From: Auanema rhodensis
Taxonomy: Eukaryota > Animalia > Nematoda
Assembly (NCBI GenBank): GCA_964057225.1
Contig: OZ059899.1
Location: 13,764,001-13,828,000 of the forward strand
Reading direction: 5' to 3'
DNA: 64,000 bases
Below the pieces are notes generated by a model. That model was not told where the DNA came from, searched no databases, and saw only the letters and a list, made by a program, of their open reading frames with translations. Position numbers and translations under genes: made by a program. How positions within the stretch are numbered: the stretch's first letter is position 1; each line of letters opens with the position of its first letter. This document shows positions 14,028-28,573 of this stretch, in pieces.

Positions 14028-16075
14028 TCATTATTTTGCATTTTCTTGTTAAAAGAATTTCCTGCTGCCTTTTTGGAATAATTTATAGCTCAAAGTAGTA
14101 GTATTAGTATATAGCCATCCTTGTAGTACTATCTAGTTGAACACTTTTCTTCTTCCGTCGTCTTTCCATCACTCTTCTGTCCCTTCTTTTTTCTTTCCTT
14201 TTTGCTAAATTAAGTTAAAGACTCTTTTAAAAGTCACAAAAAGCTATTTAGCTGATGTCCTTCTTAATTATTCCAATTTTTGTACTTTAAACTGTAAAAT
14301 TGGGTTCATAATGCTGACACACATTTTCAGGTTCACCCACTAAGTTATCAGCGAGATTGTATAGCTATATTTGGAACTTTATTAAAGCATGATGATTCAG
14401 TTAATGATCGTAATAAGGTATTATAGTTAATATAATTAATTTTTTATTATAATAAAATAATTTATATAGGGTAGTAAGCTACTTAAAGGTGAAGCTATTA
14501 CGAAAAAGCTTTGGGCAACCCATTTTGAAGAATCATTCTGGAGGCGAGGATGCATGTTTCGGTCAGTTTTTCTCTCTTTTTTCGAAGCTCAATTTAAAGT
14601 TTAAACAATTAGTTTTGCTCTAGTCAGATAGAGAGATCTTGAAATCAATTATGATTATTAATTAGCTTTTCATTACAATGGTCAGATTTGATAAATGGTC
14701 TGTTATAAAGCTATAGCATATCATCATCATCATTTATCCTCATTCATATTTCTTTAATTGCCTTAAAAGAATTCCATTGATGTGGCAGAAAAAGGGAAAA
14801 TAGTTAGAGAGAAAGATGGAGAGAGATAGAGAGAGTTGCGAGGTGAGAAAGCCTTGATAACAGAAAGATATAGAGAGACGGGGGACGAGAAAATTCAAGA
14901 GATGCTTTTACACGCAAAAGAACAACCATGTCTCAACAAGTCTCTTGCTAGCACTACCTCTCTCTCTCTCTCTCTCTCTTTGCTTCTCATGTCTGCTCTC
15001 TCATGCTCAGGTTCTAGACAAAACGACAAGACGAGGATATTCCCCGGCATCGAAGTAGCCAATCTGCTCGTATTACACAACTTTTTCCTGTCAGAAATAA
15101 CCTGAGAGGGGTGAATGAGGAAAAACAGAAAATGAACATGGCCCAAAGACTGCAAAGGGAACGTTAATTCATTTTTTTTCCTTTTTTTCGTGTTCTTCCA
15201 TCGTACAATTGTCTATTTCTGGAGTTTGTTCCAACTTTACCATGCATTGACTATCATGCAATTTGAGAGGGTAACCTAGAAAGAGATAACAAGAGAGAGA
15301 GAAAGAGAGAGAGAGAAAGAGAGGGAGAGAGAGAGAGAAGGAAGAATGATGTCAGAGTATAAAGCTCAATTTCAACCTAATTGATGATATTGTCAACAAC
15401 TTTCAACTTAGGTTATTGCAAACAAACAATTTCTTTAATTCATCAATTAGATGTGTGAAGAAAAATTTTTTCTGTCATCTCACTCAATCATTTTATCGAC
15501 ATTTTGTTGTGATTATCTAACTTTCTTAATGTTGTCTTTATGATTGCTTTTTTTACTTTTTTTTTTAAAAATCAACAGCTGCTTCCAGAAATAACTATAC
15601 GAATTTTGAAAAAAAAAAATAATTTTCCAGCGGTCACAATGCTCCGTCTTTTCTTGGATTTGAGAGCCAAGATCTTTCAAATATAGCTTATGGTGATATA
15701 CATGTGCCTTCAATTGCTTTAAAAGATATTCCTGTTCAAAGAGAACAGCTTAGGTATGAGTGTACTTCATCAGGCTCGCATGATGATGATGCTATATTGA
15801 ATTTTCAGACTCAAACTATGCTATGGAAATAAAAAAGTTACAACTTTCAATGCTGATTTATCACAAAAACAGGTTGGTAGCTATTCGACTTTGATTCAAA
15901 ACATAGAGATTAGTTTAAACTTTTTCTGTGATTATGATGTTGTTTAGGTAACAAAGTCGGGTTTTTCACTTGTTTGGCAGCCAACTGATTCATCTACCTC
16001 AGCTTCAATTGTCAAATTTCCATTTGAAAGAACAATTGCGAAGGTATTTTGCTTTCTACATCTCTCTGTCTTATC

Positions 16076-16125
<50 letters not shown>

Positions 16126-17965
16126 ACTGCTCCTTTGTTTTTAAAAAAGTTGATTTGTTAGGATTTAACAGTGGAGTTGGAAGTATTTGACAAGGTTTTT
16201 TTACAAAGGAAGGATCTTATACGTTTAGCCGGCAGGGTATCACTTGACGGGGTAGAATTTCTCTAATAATTTGCTTTGAATTCAAATAATGCTTTAGTTA
16301 TTACCGCCAACTAATTCAAAATCTGCTCATAATGTCGCAGAAATATTTTTGCGATCAAAGGACACAGATAAGGAATTTTGTGCTCGAGTCAATGTAACAA
16401 CTAGGTAAAAGCTCAGATGACATCCTGATTCTTGCAATTCTTGGCTGATTTCAGTGTGACATTGAATCGTGAGTTACAGCTAATATCCGGAGAATTTGTT
16501 GAAAGAACAATCCAACAAGATTCTCATCTGGCATATCTATGTCAATGCGCTGCTTTGAATCGAGGTGCTCTATCAGCTAACACAGCTGTTCATATGGCTA
16601 CTCATAAGTGAGTTTTTCCATTTGTTTCATGGCAAACTCACATCAGAACATATAGTTGTCTTTCGAAAAACTAAAGTCGAGATCTAGCATAAGCTGGAAA
16701 CAAGCTGGATCTACCATGTTACCATATTCCTTATAATGATTTTCCAATTTCAGTGTTGTTGATGCACGAGATGGAGCCAAATATACAGTTCAAGTTGTTC
16801 ATTCAGCTTCATTACTCTTATCAATGATTTTGGTATATGGCAGAGAACAACGTCTGTTAGCTATGGCACATCTGATCGGAGCAGATTCTTTGCCGAGCAG
16901 GGACCAATTAGATAATAATTTAGTGAGTTTCTAATCTAATCTTGAAAATCAGATAATCTAATACATTTCCTTAGCAGTTTTTACCTCATCTTTCTAATCC
17001 CGATGAAAGAGCTTTTGTGATCTGTAATAAGGATGGTGATTATGCTATTGTTAAAGGACGATGGACTGGCTTCAGCAGAAAGCAGGTAAATCTACTGATT
17101 ATACATTTACGATCTAACTGATACAACTTGTAGCCAGCTGCGAAGGGCCAGAAAGCTAAGCCAGGCAACCCGGGACGTTTGTTAGTGGATGCTTTCAATT
17201 TGCTGAAGAATACTGTCCAGAAGCTTGAAGTTCCCACACCCGAAGGATCTGCTCTCTTTGTAATTGGAGGTTTGTTATTCAAAATAATAATAATTATTAT
17301 TATTATTACAATGTTTTTAACGAAAACAAGTGTCTGTCTTAGATGCTCAAGCACGTTTACCTGGTAAACGGATTGAATGTCGTTCAACAAACACTGCTGA
17401 ACAGATAGCATCCGTATTCTGTGTATCTACTCTATTTGTATTATGTAACCCAGATAAGGTATTTTCATAATGTACATCTCTTTCTTAGAAGTATTCCTTT
17501 CATTTTTTAGATTCGCTTACGATCTGATACTACATCAGTAGGACATCAAGCTCATAAATGGCCATTGACATTAGCTTGTGGCTATGGAAAGCAATTACCT
17601 ACAAATAGGCTTATAGTCAATTATGAAGGAGACGGTTAGCGGAATATGCATTCAGATTTCGTAACCAACGATTATGCCTTTTAGGAATCATCGATGTTGC
17701 TCCCATGGTTGTAGCGATGTGTGCAGGAAGTTGTGATGCTGCTGCATGTGGAGCTTGTGGAGCTTGCGGTTGGTAAATTAAGCTCAGGCTTTTTCTAGAG
17801 GCTTTGGAGAGAGAGGGGGAGGGAGAGAAGAAGCGGATGTAGAGCGAAGAAAAATATCTTTCTAAATACAACTTCTAACAACAAGTATATGTTACAGGAG
17901 CTTGTGGAGCTTGTGGAGGTTGTGGTGGATGCGGAGGATGCGGTGGATGTGGAGGCTGCGGTTAA
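9435..17965 (+). CDS. Glycine-rich domain-containing protein (GRDP/DUF1399 family) with a Cys/Gly-repeat C-terminal tail
   Basis: TTTCAG|ATG start. Exons encode ISVELVVAAQ|REANFLRMID..AIRRYETYWLP|..PPLDVHWVWHCHMLSPTHYQE|DC, then YDIAAAVQRQRNFNYQ|VSLPHY..AVKRYVNFLLL..FLTPCYDFDLIWHTHQ|VHPLSYQRDC..HDDSVNDR, i.e. two DUF1399 repeats. Ends CAGSCDAAACGACGACGACGACGGCGGCGGCGGCGGCG*. Confidence 0.9.
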
Positions 17966-19491
17966 CACATCTCTATGTTTCATCCTCGGAAACATGTCTT
18001 TCCACTATAGAGAAATATTTTCTGATTCAAAATATTCAAAACATTTCGGTAGTTTCTGACTATTAGTACATGAATTCGTTTTCAAAGAGAATCATTCCAA
18101 AATGCATTTTGTCAAAGAATTTTGTCCAATTTGTAGGACACTAATTATTGAAAAGAAAAGTTTTTTCACCTTGTACTACATGTTTCAAAACACTATATTC
18201 AGTAACCAGGTTCATGATCTTTCATTTCAATTGATTAAAATCCGTTTGATCACCATAATCGACCATGTTTTTTATCAATTATGCTTTTTTATTGTTATTA
18301 TTCTTTATACAATTCATGAATAGTTATATATTTATATATATATATATATATAACAAAATTATATTTTATATTTTCTAATATATACATATATATTTATACA
18401 TATATGTATATAATAATTTATATTAAATTAAATTACGCTTTGTCATTTCAAAAAAAATATTTGGTCTGCATTTTTCAGATCATATATTACGTACAATACA
18501 CTTACTGTTTAATACCAAAATACTTTATTTTGATGAGCCGGTAGAAAATATTTCAAATAAAACTATAATTTTCTTTGTTCAAATAAATCTTTTGATTGAA
18601 TCTGTTGTTTCTCACATTCAAAAAGGAAGTCAGAACTAGATTTACATATTCTGAAGCTTTCTGCTTAGCCTTGGACTACCAATAGTTTTGAAATTGAAAA
18701 TAACCTTATTTAGGAAATTGTTACATTAGTAATATAATATAATTAGTAAAGAGGCAAACAAATGAGTATTTGAAGTTTGTTATAATTCTATTTAAATAGT
18801 ATTTAAAACGTTGTAATATAAATTATTGAAATTGAAAAAAAAAATGATTGAAAACACTCACAAGTCTGACTGGCGACTCTCTTCATCATCATGGCTCTTG
18901 CTCCCTATTTCATAGAAATGCCACAAAGCAATAAGAATTGATAGTTAAAGAGACTGTTGCAGACTGCTCTTGGAATTAATTGAAATGACTATAGCTGATT
19001 TGAAAAATTTGTACGTAAAGAACAATGGAAAATCTATAATTACGATGTTGTTACCCTTTATTAACAAAATTTTTATTTTACTGAGAAGTTTGTTGAGCGT
19101 ACAATTTGCAACTTCAAAGTTACAGAATTATTAGACTACGTATATTTAGATCATATCTAAGATATCTATATATATATATAGAAATAGAAATATATAAATA
19201 TGTATATAGTATATGTTTCTTCAAATCTAAACCAAAGAATTATAGTAGATACTGCTTTTGGCAGCTTATAATTGTCATTGAAAACATCAATCTTATGACA
19301 GTCAGTCATCAACGTTGCTACTTTTATTCAACTATTTCATACATTCAAACTATTATTATTTCTATTCAATTCATAATTTCTTAATTTTATACGGTTTGTT
19401 CTAATCTAATTCGTCATACATCGTTGTGAAGATTTGTTTAGGATTCATGAGTTCAACAACTTCTAATTACAAACTTTCATTTTATTCTAGA

Positions 19492-21055
19492 ATGGAAGCT
19501 GATTCAGATGGTATTCCAGATCTTATTTACTTCAATATCTTTCAAGATATTGTAACTGTTGTCACTTTTCTCGTCTTTATTTTCAATATTTTTATTTTCT
19601 ATAAATCGAGCTCACCTAAAGAACCCAAAGGATATAAGTATACAACTTATGCTCAAAGTGTTTGAACTTTACGTCGTTTTCTGAAAAATGTTTAAAACCT
19701 TACTACAGTTTGCCCTGTTTATATGCTGCTTGGATTGGTCATTTATCGCAAGATATTACTTAGTTCTTACTGAATGTTATTACTTTTGTGAAGGATTTCG
19801 TATGGGACTATCCTGCTTCTTCTTATCTTATGTCATAAACTGTACTTTCGGCTTGCATTCAGCTTTGCTCATCGCTTCCTTCTTATATCGTTTGGAAATT
19901 GTCGCAGATTCCAAACATATTCTCAAAGTAATCAGCTCTTCCTTCCTCTGTTCTACATGAAAACCTATAATTTCAGAGAAAAAAGTTATTCTATGGAATA
20001 TATGTAGCTGTAGTTGTATCTTTCACTTTCTCAGCATCAACACTCTATCTGTTTGGTGCTATACCCGATTATCCAATTCATAATCATCCATCAAATGTGA
20101 TTTTCATAAATATAAAATCAATATTACTTTGAATTATTTATAGTTTTCTGAGATACAAATTCAGTTTTTGCTAGAAAGATCATTCGTTTATCTCTCAAGT
20201 TCATATCCAAGTGTGGGGTTAGCCTATCAATTGTTTTCTCTCATTCATCAATGTAGTGGAAAATTGGTATGTTATCCTTCAGAAAGTTGAGAAAAACAAA
20301 CAAAAAACTTCCAAAATGAAATTGTTTCATGTTACAACTCTTCAGATTATTATGATTTGTGTTTATTTCATTGTTAAATACATCAGGATTAAGGAATCAG
20401 TAATGTCATGTCGGACAGTCAAATATCATCGATCAGTATTAAAAACTTTGTTGATTCAAGTAAAACTTTCTTGCAGCCTTTTTTTATTTTTGTCAACCTC
20501 CATGCCTCAAATGCCTGAATCTTCTCATCTTCCCACAACTTATGTCTCTTGGAGATGGAAGATAAAGCTTAAGATTTCGAGCTTATGTGCATAACATGCG
20601 GTACAAGGCGGAGAGGGGCAAAAAATAAAAGAAGCTGAACCTTATAAGCTTTGTTTAAATTATATAATTAAAGTATTTTATAGACAATTTGTGGGACAAT
20701 TATGTTTGTATGTCCATCTTCAGTAATATTTGCTGAAGTTTTTACAACAATTCCAAAATGTAATAATAATAATTCAATTTTTCTTTATTTTTTTTGGAGG
20801 GAAAATATAATTTTTTAAAAATAAAATTATTTAGATTGTTCAGAATGTACTTTAATAATGTTTGGATGTGGATATATTGTTCAAAGCTTGGTACATCATT
20901 TTACAGATACATTATACCGTGAAGCTATTAAAAAAACTTTTAAAGCTATAGTTTCTAAGACAAAGGTAATTTCCAATTTTACTCAAATACTTCAGAAATT
21001 TCTTTTTATATCTTAGATTTATGCATCATCTAATGAAAAAACTATATTTTCATAA
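19492..21055 (+). CDS. Serpentine 7TM chemoreceptor (Str superfamily-like: Srd/Srh/Sri/Str)
   Basis: MEADSDGIPDLIYFNIFQDIVTVVTFLVFIFNIFIFYKS; motifs FLYRLEIV, MSCRTVKYHRSVLKTLLIQ, YREAIKK; multi-exon and hydrophobic. Confidence 0.8.
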
Positions 21056-22217
21056 ATGAATACTGTATGGAATATGTAACCTTGTACGCCGTCGACTAGA
21101 AAGACTGTGGGGCTTCTAAAAGGGAAGCGTCCGACGTTCATCGCACAGAACTGTATCGGTTTTGCTGGAACCTCTAAAGAAGTTCTAATCCGAGTGGAAT
21201 CAGCTTCAATATCTTTGTGACTGATCTGAAGAAAATTCAAAATATTCGGAAAGTTTTAAAACACAGTATGCTCAAAGACTGTCTGACTATCGAGTGTACA
21301 GGATAAGGTTGGGTAAGAGTATCCGAAATTTTTTTCTTTTTCAAATTTTTAAATATAACATTGCTTTTTTAAAATTATATATATAAGTAGGTTATAATAA
21401 TTTTATATTTTGTATTCAATATTCTGATCATTTATTTTAAAAACAAAATAATTATTGTATTGTATTCACTCATTCCCTCATTCACTCAATCATTTTAGTT
21501 TCAAAATTTTTGTATTTTGTTATAAGTAAGTTGAAAAAATCATGAAATATTAGTTAAATAATAATTGGCTCATTCTTGTTTTGATGTCGTTTCGAAATTG
21601 TATTTAGGCTTTCAATCATGTTTCAACTTATGCTACTTCTTCATTGTCTCAAGTAATTGTCAAATTGCAAGTCTACAAATGAATATTATTTATCTAATAA
21701 TATATTTTATTTTAATATTTGTATAATAATTTTAGTTGATATTAATCCCATAAATAAGATAAAGCTTTAGTATTCAAAAAACAATCAGTTTTTTTTTAAA
21801 GAAATAATATACTAAAGATTTGAACACTCATATCTAAATATACAAATGCATGATAGAAGGAAAACTTATATAACTATTTATAATATATATTATTTAAAAG
21901 AAAGATAACATAAAATAGATAAATATTTCTGAAGAATATACGAAAACACAAAAATTTACTCCAATCGTCAGAATGTTTTGACGTCAAAGAATTTGTTTCG
22001 TTTCTTCGCGTAGCAATTTTCATTTTTCAATCAAAAATTACTTGGAACGGTTGTATAAATTTTCTGTATAATATTTCTAAAATTCAATATCAAAAAGTTT
22101 CATAGGATTCAAATTATCTTCATATTTAAAGTAAAATATTGTTCTAAAAGCAAAGAAATTATAGAGAACTGAGGTTAATCATTCAAGTATTTTTGAATAC
22201 GATACTTGGCGTTAGTC

Positions 22218-23725
22218 TCATTTCCTTCTCTGGAATTGTTCAACCTGAATTTAGATTTTTTGAGATTGTTATCAAATTCTAGTAAATAATACCGTTGACT
22301 TTGACATAGTAGGGAATATTGACTTAATAGTAGATCTGTAAGCTGAGTTATAACGTAACGAAACTAAAGTACTTATAATATAACTTGAACAAAATGATAT
22401 AAAAGACAGTTCGTATATTTCTAAATATAATTTTTTTAAAATTAAAATTTTATTTATAAAATACTTGAAGGAATTTCAGTAAACAGAAACCCTAGAAACA
22501 TGGTTGCAGTAGGACAAGATATAGTAATTGATATTATTGTAGACTAAACAAAAGAAATTGCTTAAGAAATTTGAAATATTTGAAATATTACCTGAACTAA
22601 TAACATTTTAAAAGCATATCGATGTTGCTTTATCGTTTCAATTGATAAATATGATTGTGTTTCTTTAATAGCTTTAATTATTAAATATGATGAAACTAAT
22701 ATTGCCTGAAAATTATATAAAATATTTTTAATAAACATATATGTATTTACAATAATTATTTTGAAATTATAATTAGTTTCTGCATAAGTAACTTAATTCA
22801 CGTACATATGAGCTATATATAGTTTAATCAAATATTAATAATCTTTTTAATTAAAAAATTATGAAATTATTAAAACGAAAATTTATGAAAATTAAAGATT
22901 TTTGAAGATTTTTCGTTCAAAAATTAATTTTCATTCATGGTTAATTGCTTACCACACATGTTAAAGCTAAAGCTACTAGAGCTGCGATTAAAAATATGGC
23001 TCCAAAGCCATTCATATCTATATATGTGAATGATGTTTTGTAATAATATTGAATTTCTGCTTTTGAGAACTGAAATATTTGGTTGATTTACAACTAATTT
23101 GATATGTAAAATACATTGGAAGGATGTTCCTCAACAACATAATCTGTTTCCGTACTGATGCCAAAGATAGTGGTAGCTAGAACAATTAAACCCAAGGCTA
23201 TGCTCAAGTTCAAACCATAAAAGAAATTATCATTCTTAAAGCAAATATTCATGATTTTAAATAAAAAAAGTAAATGTTGAAAACCTTAAGTATATTATTT
23301 CGAATCGAGACAATCTCTAAACGATTTAGAAATGAAGCAATAATGAAAGATATATGTAAACAATAGCTAATAATCATTATAAAACATAAGGATTTACAAG
23401 ATAATCCAAATCTTGGTCCTTCACAATAAAAATAATTATAATTTAAAACTAAATAATATCGTGATACAGCAGACCAATTTAAACATGTTATAGCTAAAAC
23501 AATCTGTAAAGAAAAAAGTTATGATTTTTCCAAAAGAAATGATCAAAATCCTACATTTTGACAGAAAGATATGTAAAGCAATCTTTTTGATTCTTTAGCT
23601 GATATTGATTTGAAGAAAATGTAGAATTTAAAGAAAAGTAGCATAATAGATGCAACAGTGATAATATCATAAGCGGTATTCGCAAAATGATGATGAGGAT
23701 CATAGTTAAGAGATTCCGAATCCAT
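22218..23725 (-). CDS. Serpentine 7TM chemoreceptor, paralogue of 19492-21055
   Basis: MDSESLNYDPHHHFANTAYDIITVASIMLLFFKFYIFFKSISAKE; RYYLVL..CEGPRFGLSC; FLNRLEIV; HRYAFKMLLVQ; NSAYRSTIKS. Alignable by eye to its neighbour. Confidence 0.8.
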
Positions 23726-25022
23726 TACCGTATTCAGTATATTTCGAATTAAACCTTGAATTTCCTAGTTCCTATATAAGAATATATTTATTCCCTATAA
23801 ATATTTAAAGAAAAATAATAATATTACTAGAAGAATCACTGTAAATTAATATATTAAATGATAATGTTCTCAGATGTATTTATACCAAATTATAAGAAAT
23901 TGTTCATTAAAGCAGAAACAAAAAGGAAATGCAGTTGGTTCTTGCTCAATAAGATCAAATGATATGTTTGTACGAGTGAGTGAGGAAGAAGAAAGAACTC
24001 AATAAATGTGAAAAACTACTGTTTACAAATGATTTCAAAGAAAAAGAATAGGATAAACTAAATTATATAATTGAATATATAAATTTCATATCAGAAATGT
24101 TTTTATATTTTCAAATTAAGTAAATATGATTCGAGATTATGAATTAAATTATCTAAGATTATCTAAAATAATTCAAAAAATTATATAAAATAAGCGAGAT
24201 GAAGTGATCGGACCAATTAAAATGCAATGACCACCAAAAGTTATAACGGCAGAAAAGATTTTGATATATTTTAATTTTGGAACTACTTTATAGTCTGTTA
24301 TGATCTTTAGTTAAATTATAGCTTGTTCTGTTTTTTTGTTTTTTTGTATTTTTTAAATAATTTTTCTGAGACTCTCACATTTTATAAAATATTTTAAAAG
24401 AGTTAGGAGTTTAGTTAAGAGTTTGAAAGAGTTTAAGCAGTAAAACTTAAAAGTAAAAATTTATTTTACATATAATCTACTAATATTATAAATAAGTATA
24501 ACTTAATTATTAGAAAAATAGATAAGTTAAGTTGTTTAGTATTTCTGATTCAAAGGGGTTGGGGATCTGATAATATCGAGAATAGCATGATGTGAAGAGC
24601 CGACTCATCTGTATACATGATATATCAACTGAGCTTACATATACAATTTGCATTTCTTCTGTATAATAAGGAAGAAGTAGTTTTTTTGTTTTTTTTTAAT
24701 TTGCCAGCTTCCAACATATGTTTATAAACCTTAGTAGCATGCACACACTTGTATGATGATCCTATTAATCTTTTGATAAATATTTTATATAATACCTCTA
24801 CAATCAGGAAATATATAATATATAAGTTTTTTTTATAAATACAAATGTTTTTATATAAAAAAATTGTATTTCTTAATAATGAATTGTTTTTAATTCATAT
24901 TGAATACTTTAAATTAGGTCAATGATTTTTCAGATTGAGGTGTATAGTAGTACAAGAATACGAAAGTGGCTTTGTATTTGAATTTCAAGATCATAACATG
25001 TTTTTCTATTTCTTTTATCTAA

Positions 25023-25058
<36 letters not shown>

Positions 25059-25089
25059 CTTATATAAAAATATTATCTTTAGAAATAAT

Positions 25090-26514
25090 ATGAAATCTTC
25101 ATTTCATGGAGTACCCAAATTCAACAACTTTCTATGTTCTAATTACAATCGTGAGAGTAAGTAAAACTTTATTTTATTCCGTTTTTTTCAAATTTTAAAG
25201 CATTTCCAGCATTTTATATTCGTCTTATAATATTTTGTATTATATCAGCAATTTTTTGTCTTTTATTTGTATTTCTTATTGTTCCATGGTTTCTCACTGC
25301 AACCGGCGATTCGTTTCATACTTTTCGAGCAATAGCATTAGCTTTCCGGGTACGTTTTCTTTTTTTTTTTTTAAATTAATTCCTCTTTTGTTGATGAAAA
25401 AAACGTTTTTTGCTCTTTTCAGGAACGGACTGAAGGCGAATTATCTATAATACGAACGCGACAATTTCGGAAACGAAGAAATACATCCGGTTTTTCGGAT
25501 CAAATTCTCAGATTATCAAGCATGTTGATTACAGATGATGACTTTCCTAAAGGATTCATTCCATTTCCTTTCCGGAAATATCGTCATGCAACAGTGAATT
25601 CTGGAAGCATGGATAAGCTTTTACTTGAGCCTGTAACAACTTCATCAACATCATCCGATACTTCAACGTCATGCATGGGACCACCGGGGATGCCTGGTAA
25701 GTTTATATTTTTTAAATTTCAATTTATAAAGCGTTGTAGGAAATAATGGATGGGATGGGGCTGAAGGAAAACCTGGTAATGATGGCTCTAGGGGTTTAGA
25801 TAGCCATGAGATCATGATGAGCATATCGGAACAGTGCATTCAATGTCCTGCTGGACCTCAGGGAGTTGCAGGTCCAATTGGACCAATTGGGCCCCAGGTT
25901 ATCAATGCATACGAAACAAAAATTGAAAATTCGATTTCAGGGAGCTCCGGGGCTTCGTGGAATACCAGGTCAAAACGGTATTGACGGAGTGCCAGGTGAA
26001 ATTAGCTATGAATCTGGACTTCCTGGGCCTGCCGGAAGACCTGGACCTCCGGGGCCACCAGGTCCACCAGGCAACGACGTATTTTCCGGAAAAGGAAGTC
26101 CAGGTTCGGAAAAAACAACTATCAAATAATATGTTCACAGAAAAAACTTCCTGTTTGCATTGGAATTTTTTTAGGTTATCCAGGACCACCGGGTGAAAAG
26201 GGGCCCACAGGTCCCATAGGTGAACCTGGATTAGGTTACAAGGGTCCAGTTGGACAACCGGGCTCTCCAGGAGCACCTGGTGCACCAGGTTCAGCCGGAA
26301 ACGACGGTATACCGGGTGAGCCCGGCTCTCCCGGAACAGATAATGAGTTAGTTCTGAAGCAATATGAGCTTCTCTTCTTGCTCCACGGTATTTCTCTCAT
26401 TCATATTGCAGCTATTGTCCATGTCCGCCACGCAGTCCATCAACAGATGAAGTAGCAGTGCCAGCTAGTGAGGTAAAATATACAAAGAAAGAAGAGAATA
26501 AATCAATGAAATGA
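25090..26514 (+). CDS. Nematode cuticle collagen
   Basis: N-terminal TM segment, furin-type RKRR, Gly-X-Y blocks ([36 protein letters not shown]) and C-terminal YCPCPPRS. Confidence 0.92.
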
Positions 26515-28514
26515 GTTCCTGATTATTAGTAAAAATATTTTAATTATAATGTTACCTGACACCTTCATTAATGATCAAATTTCAAATTGTTACAGCAATC
26601 GGAGACAGACGACATCGTTACCTGGCTGGATGTAAAACTGAAAAGACAACCTGAAATTTAACATTTAATTTCTTTTAAATTAATTTAATTTGCATAAAAA
26701 ATATATATTATCTCAAAAACAATATTTTCTGTGTTCTTCTTCAAGTTTAATCATAAAAAAATCTTAAAAACTCTAAATATGAGCCATGGCAACCAAGTTG
26801 AACTATAGCTGTTAGATTAAAAGATACAATGAGCACAATATATCTTCTATATTTAGGCTTATTTTTGTAAAAAAATTGTAAACAATAAAGACAAACCACA
26901 GTTTTTTACTTCTTTCTTTTCCACCCTTTTTCTTTATTTTTGGCAGAAAAGAAGACCGAAAGTTTAATTTGTTTGTGTTAGTCTCGTCTGTAAACAAACT
27001 TGAGAGACACAATATAACCTATGAGTTCATTATAACTTAATTTTCATCGAATAATTAGTATATTTATGAAATATATTCTTCTACTATAGCTATATAAAAT
27101 AATTTTTATTTCATTTATTTATATAAATATAAGTATATTCTATTAATAGCTTCATTATTTAAAAGTTCAAGAACAAATGACGTTGCCGTCCGTAGGTATT
27201 AGGCTTTTCCTATGTTTTTTCTCGTTCGATCTATCATTAGTCATTAGCTCTTCATATTAATCATGATCATTTGCCCATCTACTTATACAGTCATTTAACT
27301 TTGAACAAAAAAAAAACTTTTTTTTTGCGAATTTTGAATGAAACGAATCAGAACAGAATCCTGAAAGTGCTAGCATGCTGAGAAGCGTACATGTGGTGCT
27401 TGGCAACGTCGACATCACACATCAGAATATTTCCCATATATACATAGGTATTAGCTAAAAACTTGAAAGCCTATTGAACGTATATCTAAATTCAGTAACA
27501 CATATTTCTAGCTTATTGCCCTGTTAACTATAAGATCTGAGTTTGATTTGTGCTGAACCTCTTCAAAATAATTTTTTAACCAAGAATTTAAAAAGCTAGA
27601 TGAAGTGTTCTATGTGAGAAGATATAGAGGAAGACAGCCAGACGATGATGGTGATGTGGATGAAGAGGAACAAATAATTGTATAGTTAAGTCTGTGAAAA
27701 TCATGTTCTATTGAAGATACTTGGAAGGAAAAACTGTTGGATAGTTCAATTGATTCTCTTATCTTCTTCACTTCGTCTTCGCACCCCACAATTTTATCAT
27801 CAAATCCTCTTCTGTGTTTCATATGCTCTTAGTCGCAGTTTTCGCTCATTTCCACTTGACACTCATCTCCATTGTACTCAAGCCTTATCATCCTGCTTAG
27901 GAATCTTTGAACCGGCATGCAACAAACTTGAAAAATGCCTCTCTGTTCTCTTGGCTATTACAGCAGTAGACTGAGAAGCAGTAAAAGATTAGGTGATATG
28001 CAGCTCAAACAACTTAGAAAAGAAGAAAGAAGAGTACTACTATCTTCAGAATTAGGCTCTTCCTTCGTTAAATTTTGCTGCAACAACCTCAAAGTCATCA
28101 AAAAGCATTGTCTGGATGACTTTAAACGATTGATAGAAAAACGATAGTCCTTCTATTCACTCGTGTGATGCGAAAACAGGCCAAAAAATCCTGGTTATTT
28201 CAGTATCATATGAGTTAACAGCTACTGTCCTTTATGTTTGTGCTTTTTGCTTCCTCTTCTTCTTGTCTTTACGTTGTGTCTGAGGACGGTGATACAGAAG
28301 AACACCAGAAGCATCTGAAGTCTTGTTCGAGTGTCCGAGAGCCACGTTGATAGGTGGAAGATTAAAGAGAGAATGCGAAAGAAAATAATATAGTTGAGTA
28401 CAACTAGAACAGAAGGAGTGTGCTAGCGAAAGAGATGGACGACAAAGAGAGTGAGGACAATGAGAACTGAGAAAAGAGACGATACGATATTGAAGACTCA
28501 GGTAGGCGGTTCGG

Positions 28515-28573
28515 ACGATGACGACGACAACGATAATGATGACGAAAAGAAGAAGAAGAAGAAGAAGAAGAAG
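28515..28573. repeat. (GAY)n followed by (GAA)n trinucleotide repeats
   Basis: gacgatgacgacgacaacgataatgatgacg followed by about 9 GAA units; intergenic. Confidence 0.85.

Noticed and set aside
26779-26793. CCATGGCAAC X-box half-site
   Set aside because: The other half does not fit and no credible gene start is nearby.
26853-26861. TTAGGCTTA telomeric 9-mer
   Set aside because: Isolated, with no array or structure; it shows such 9-mers arise by chance.
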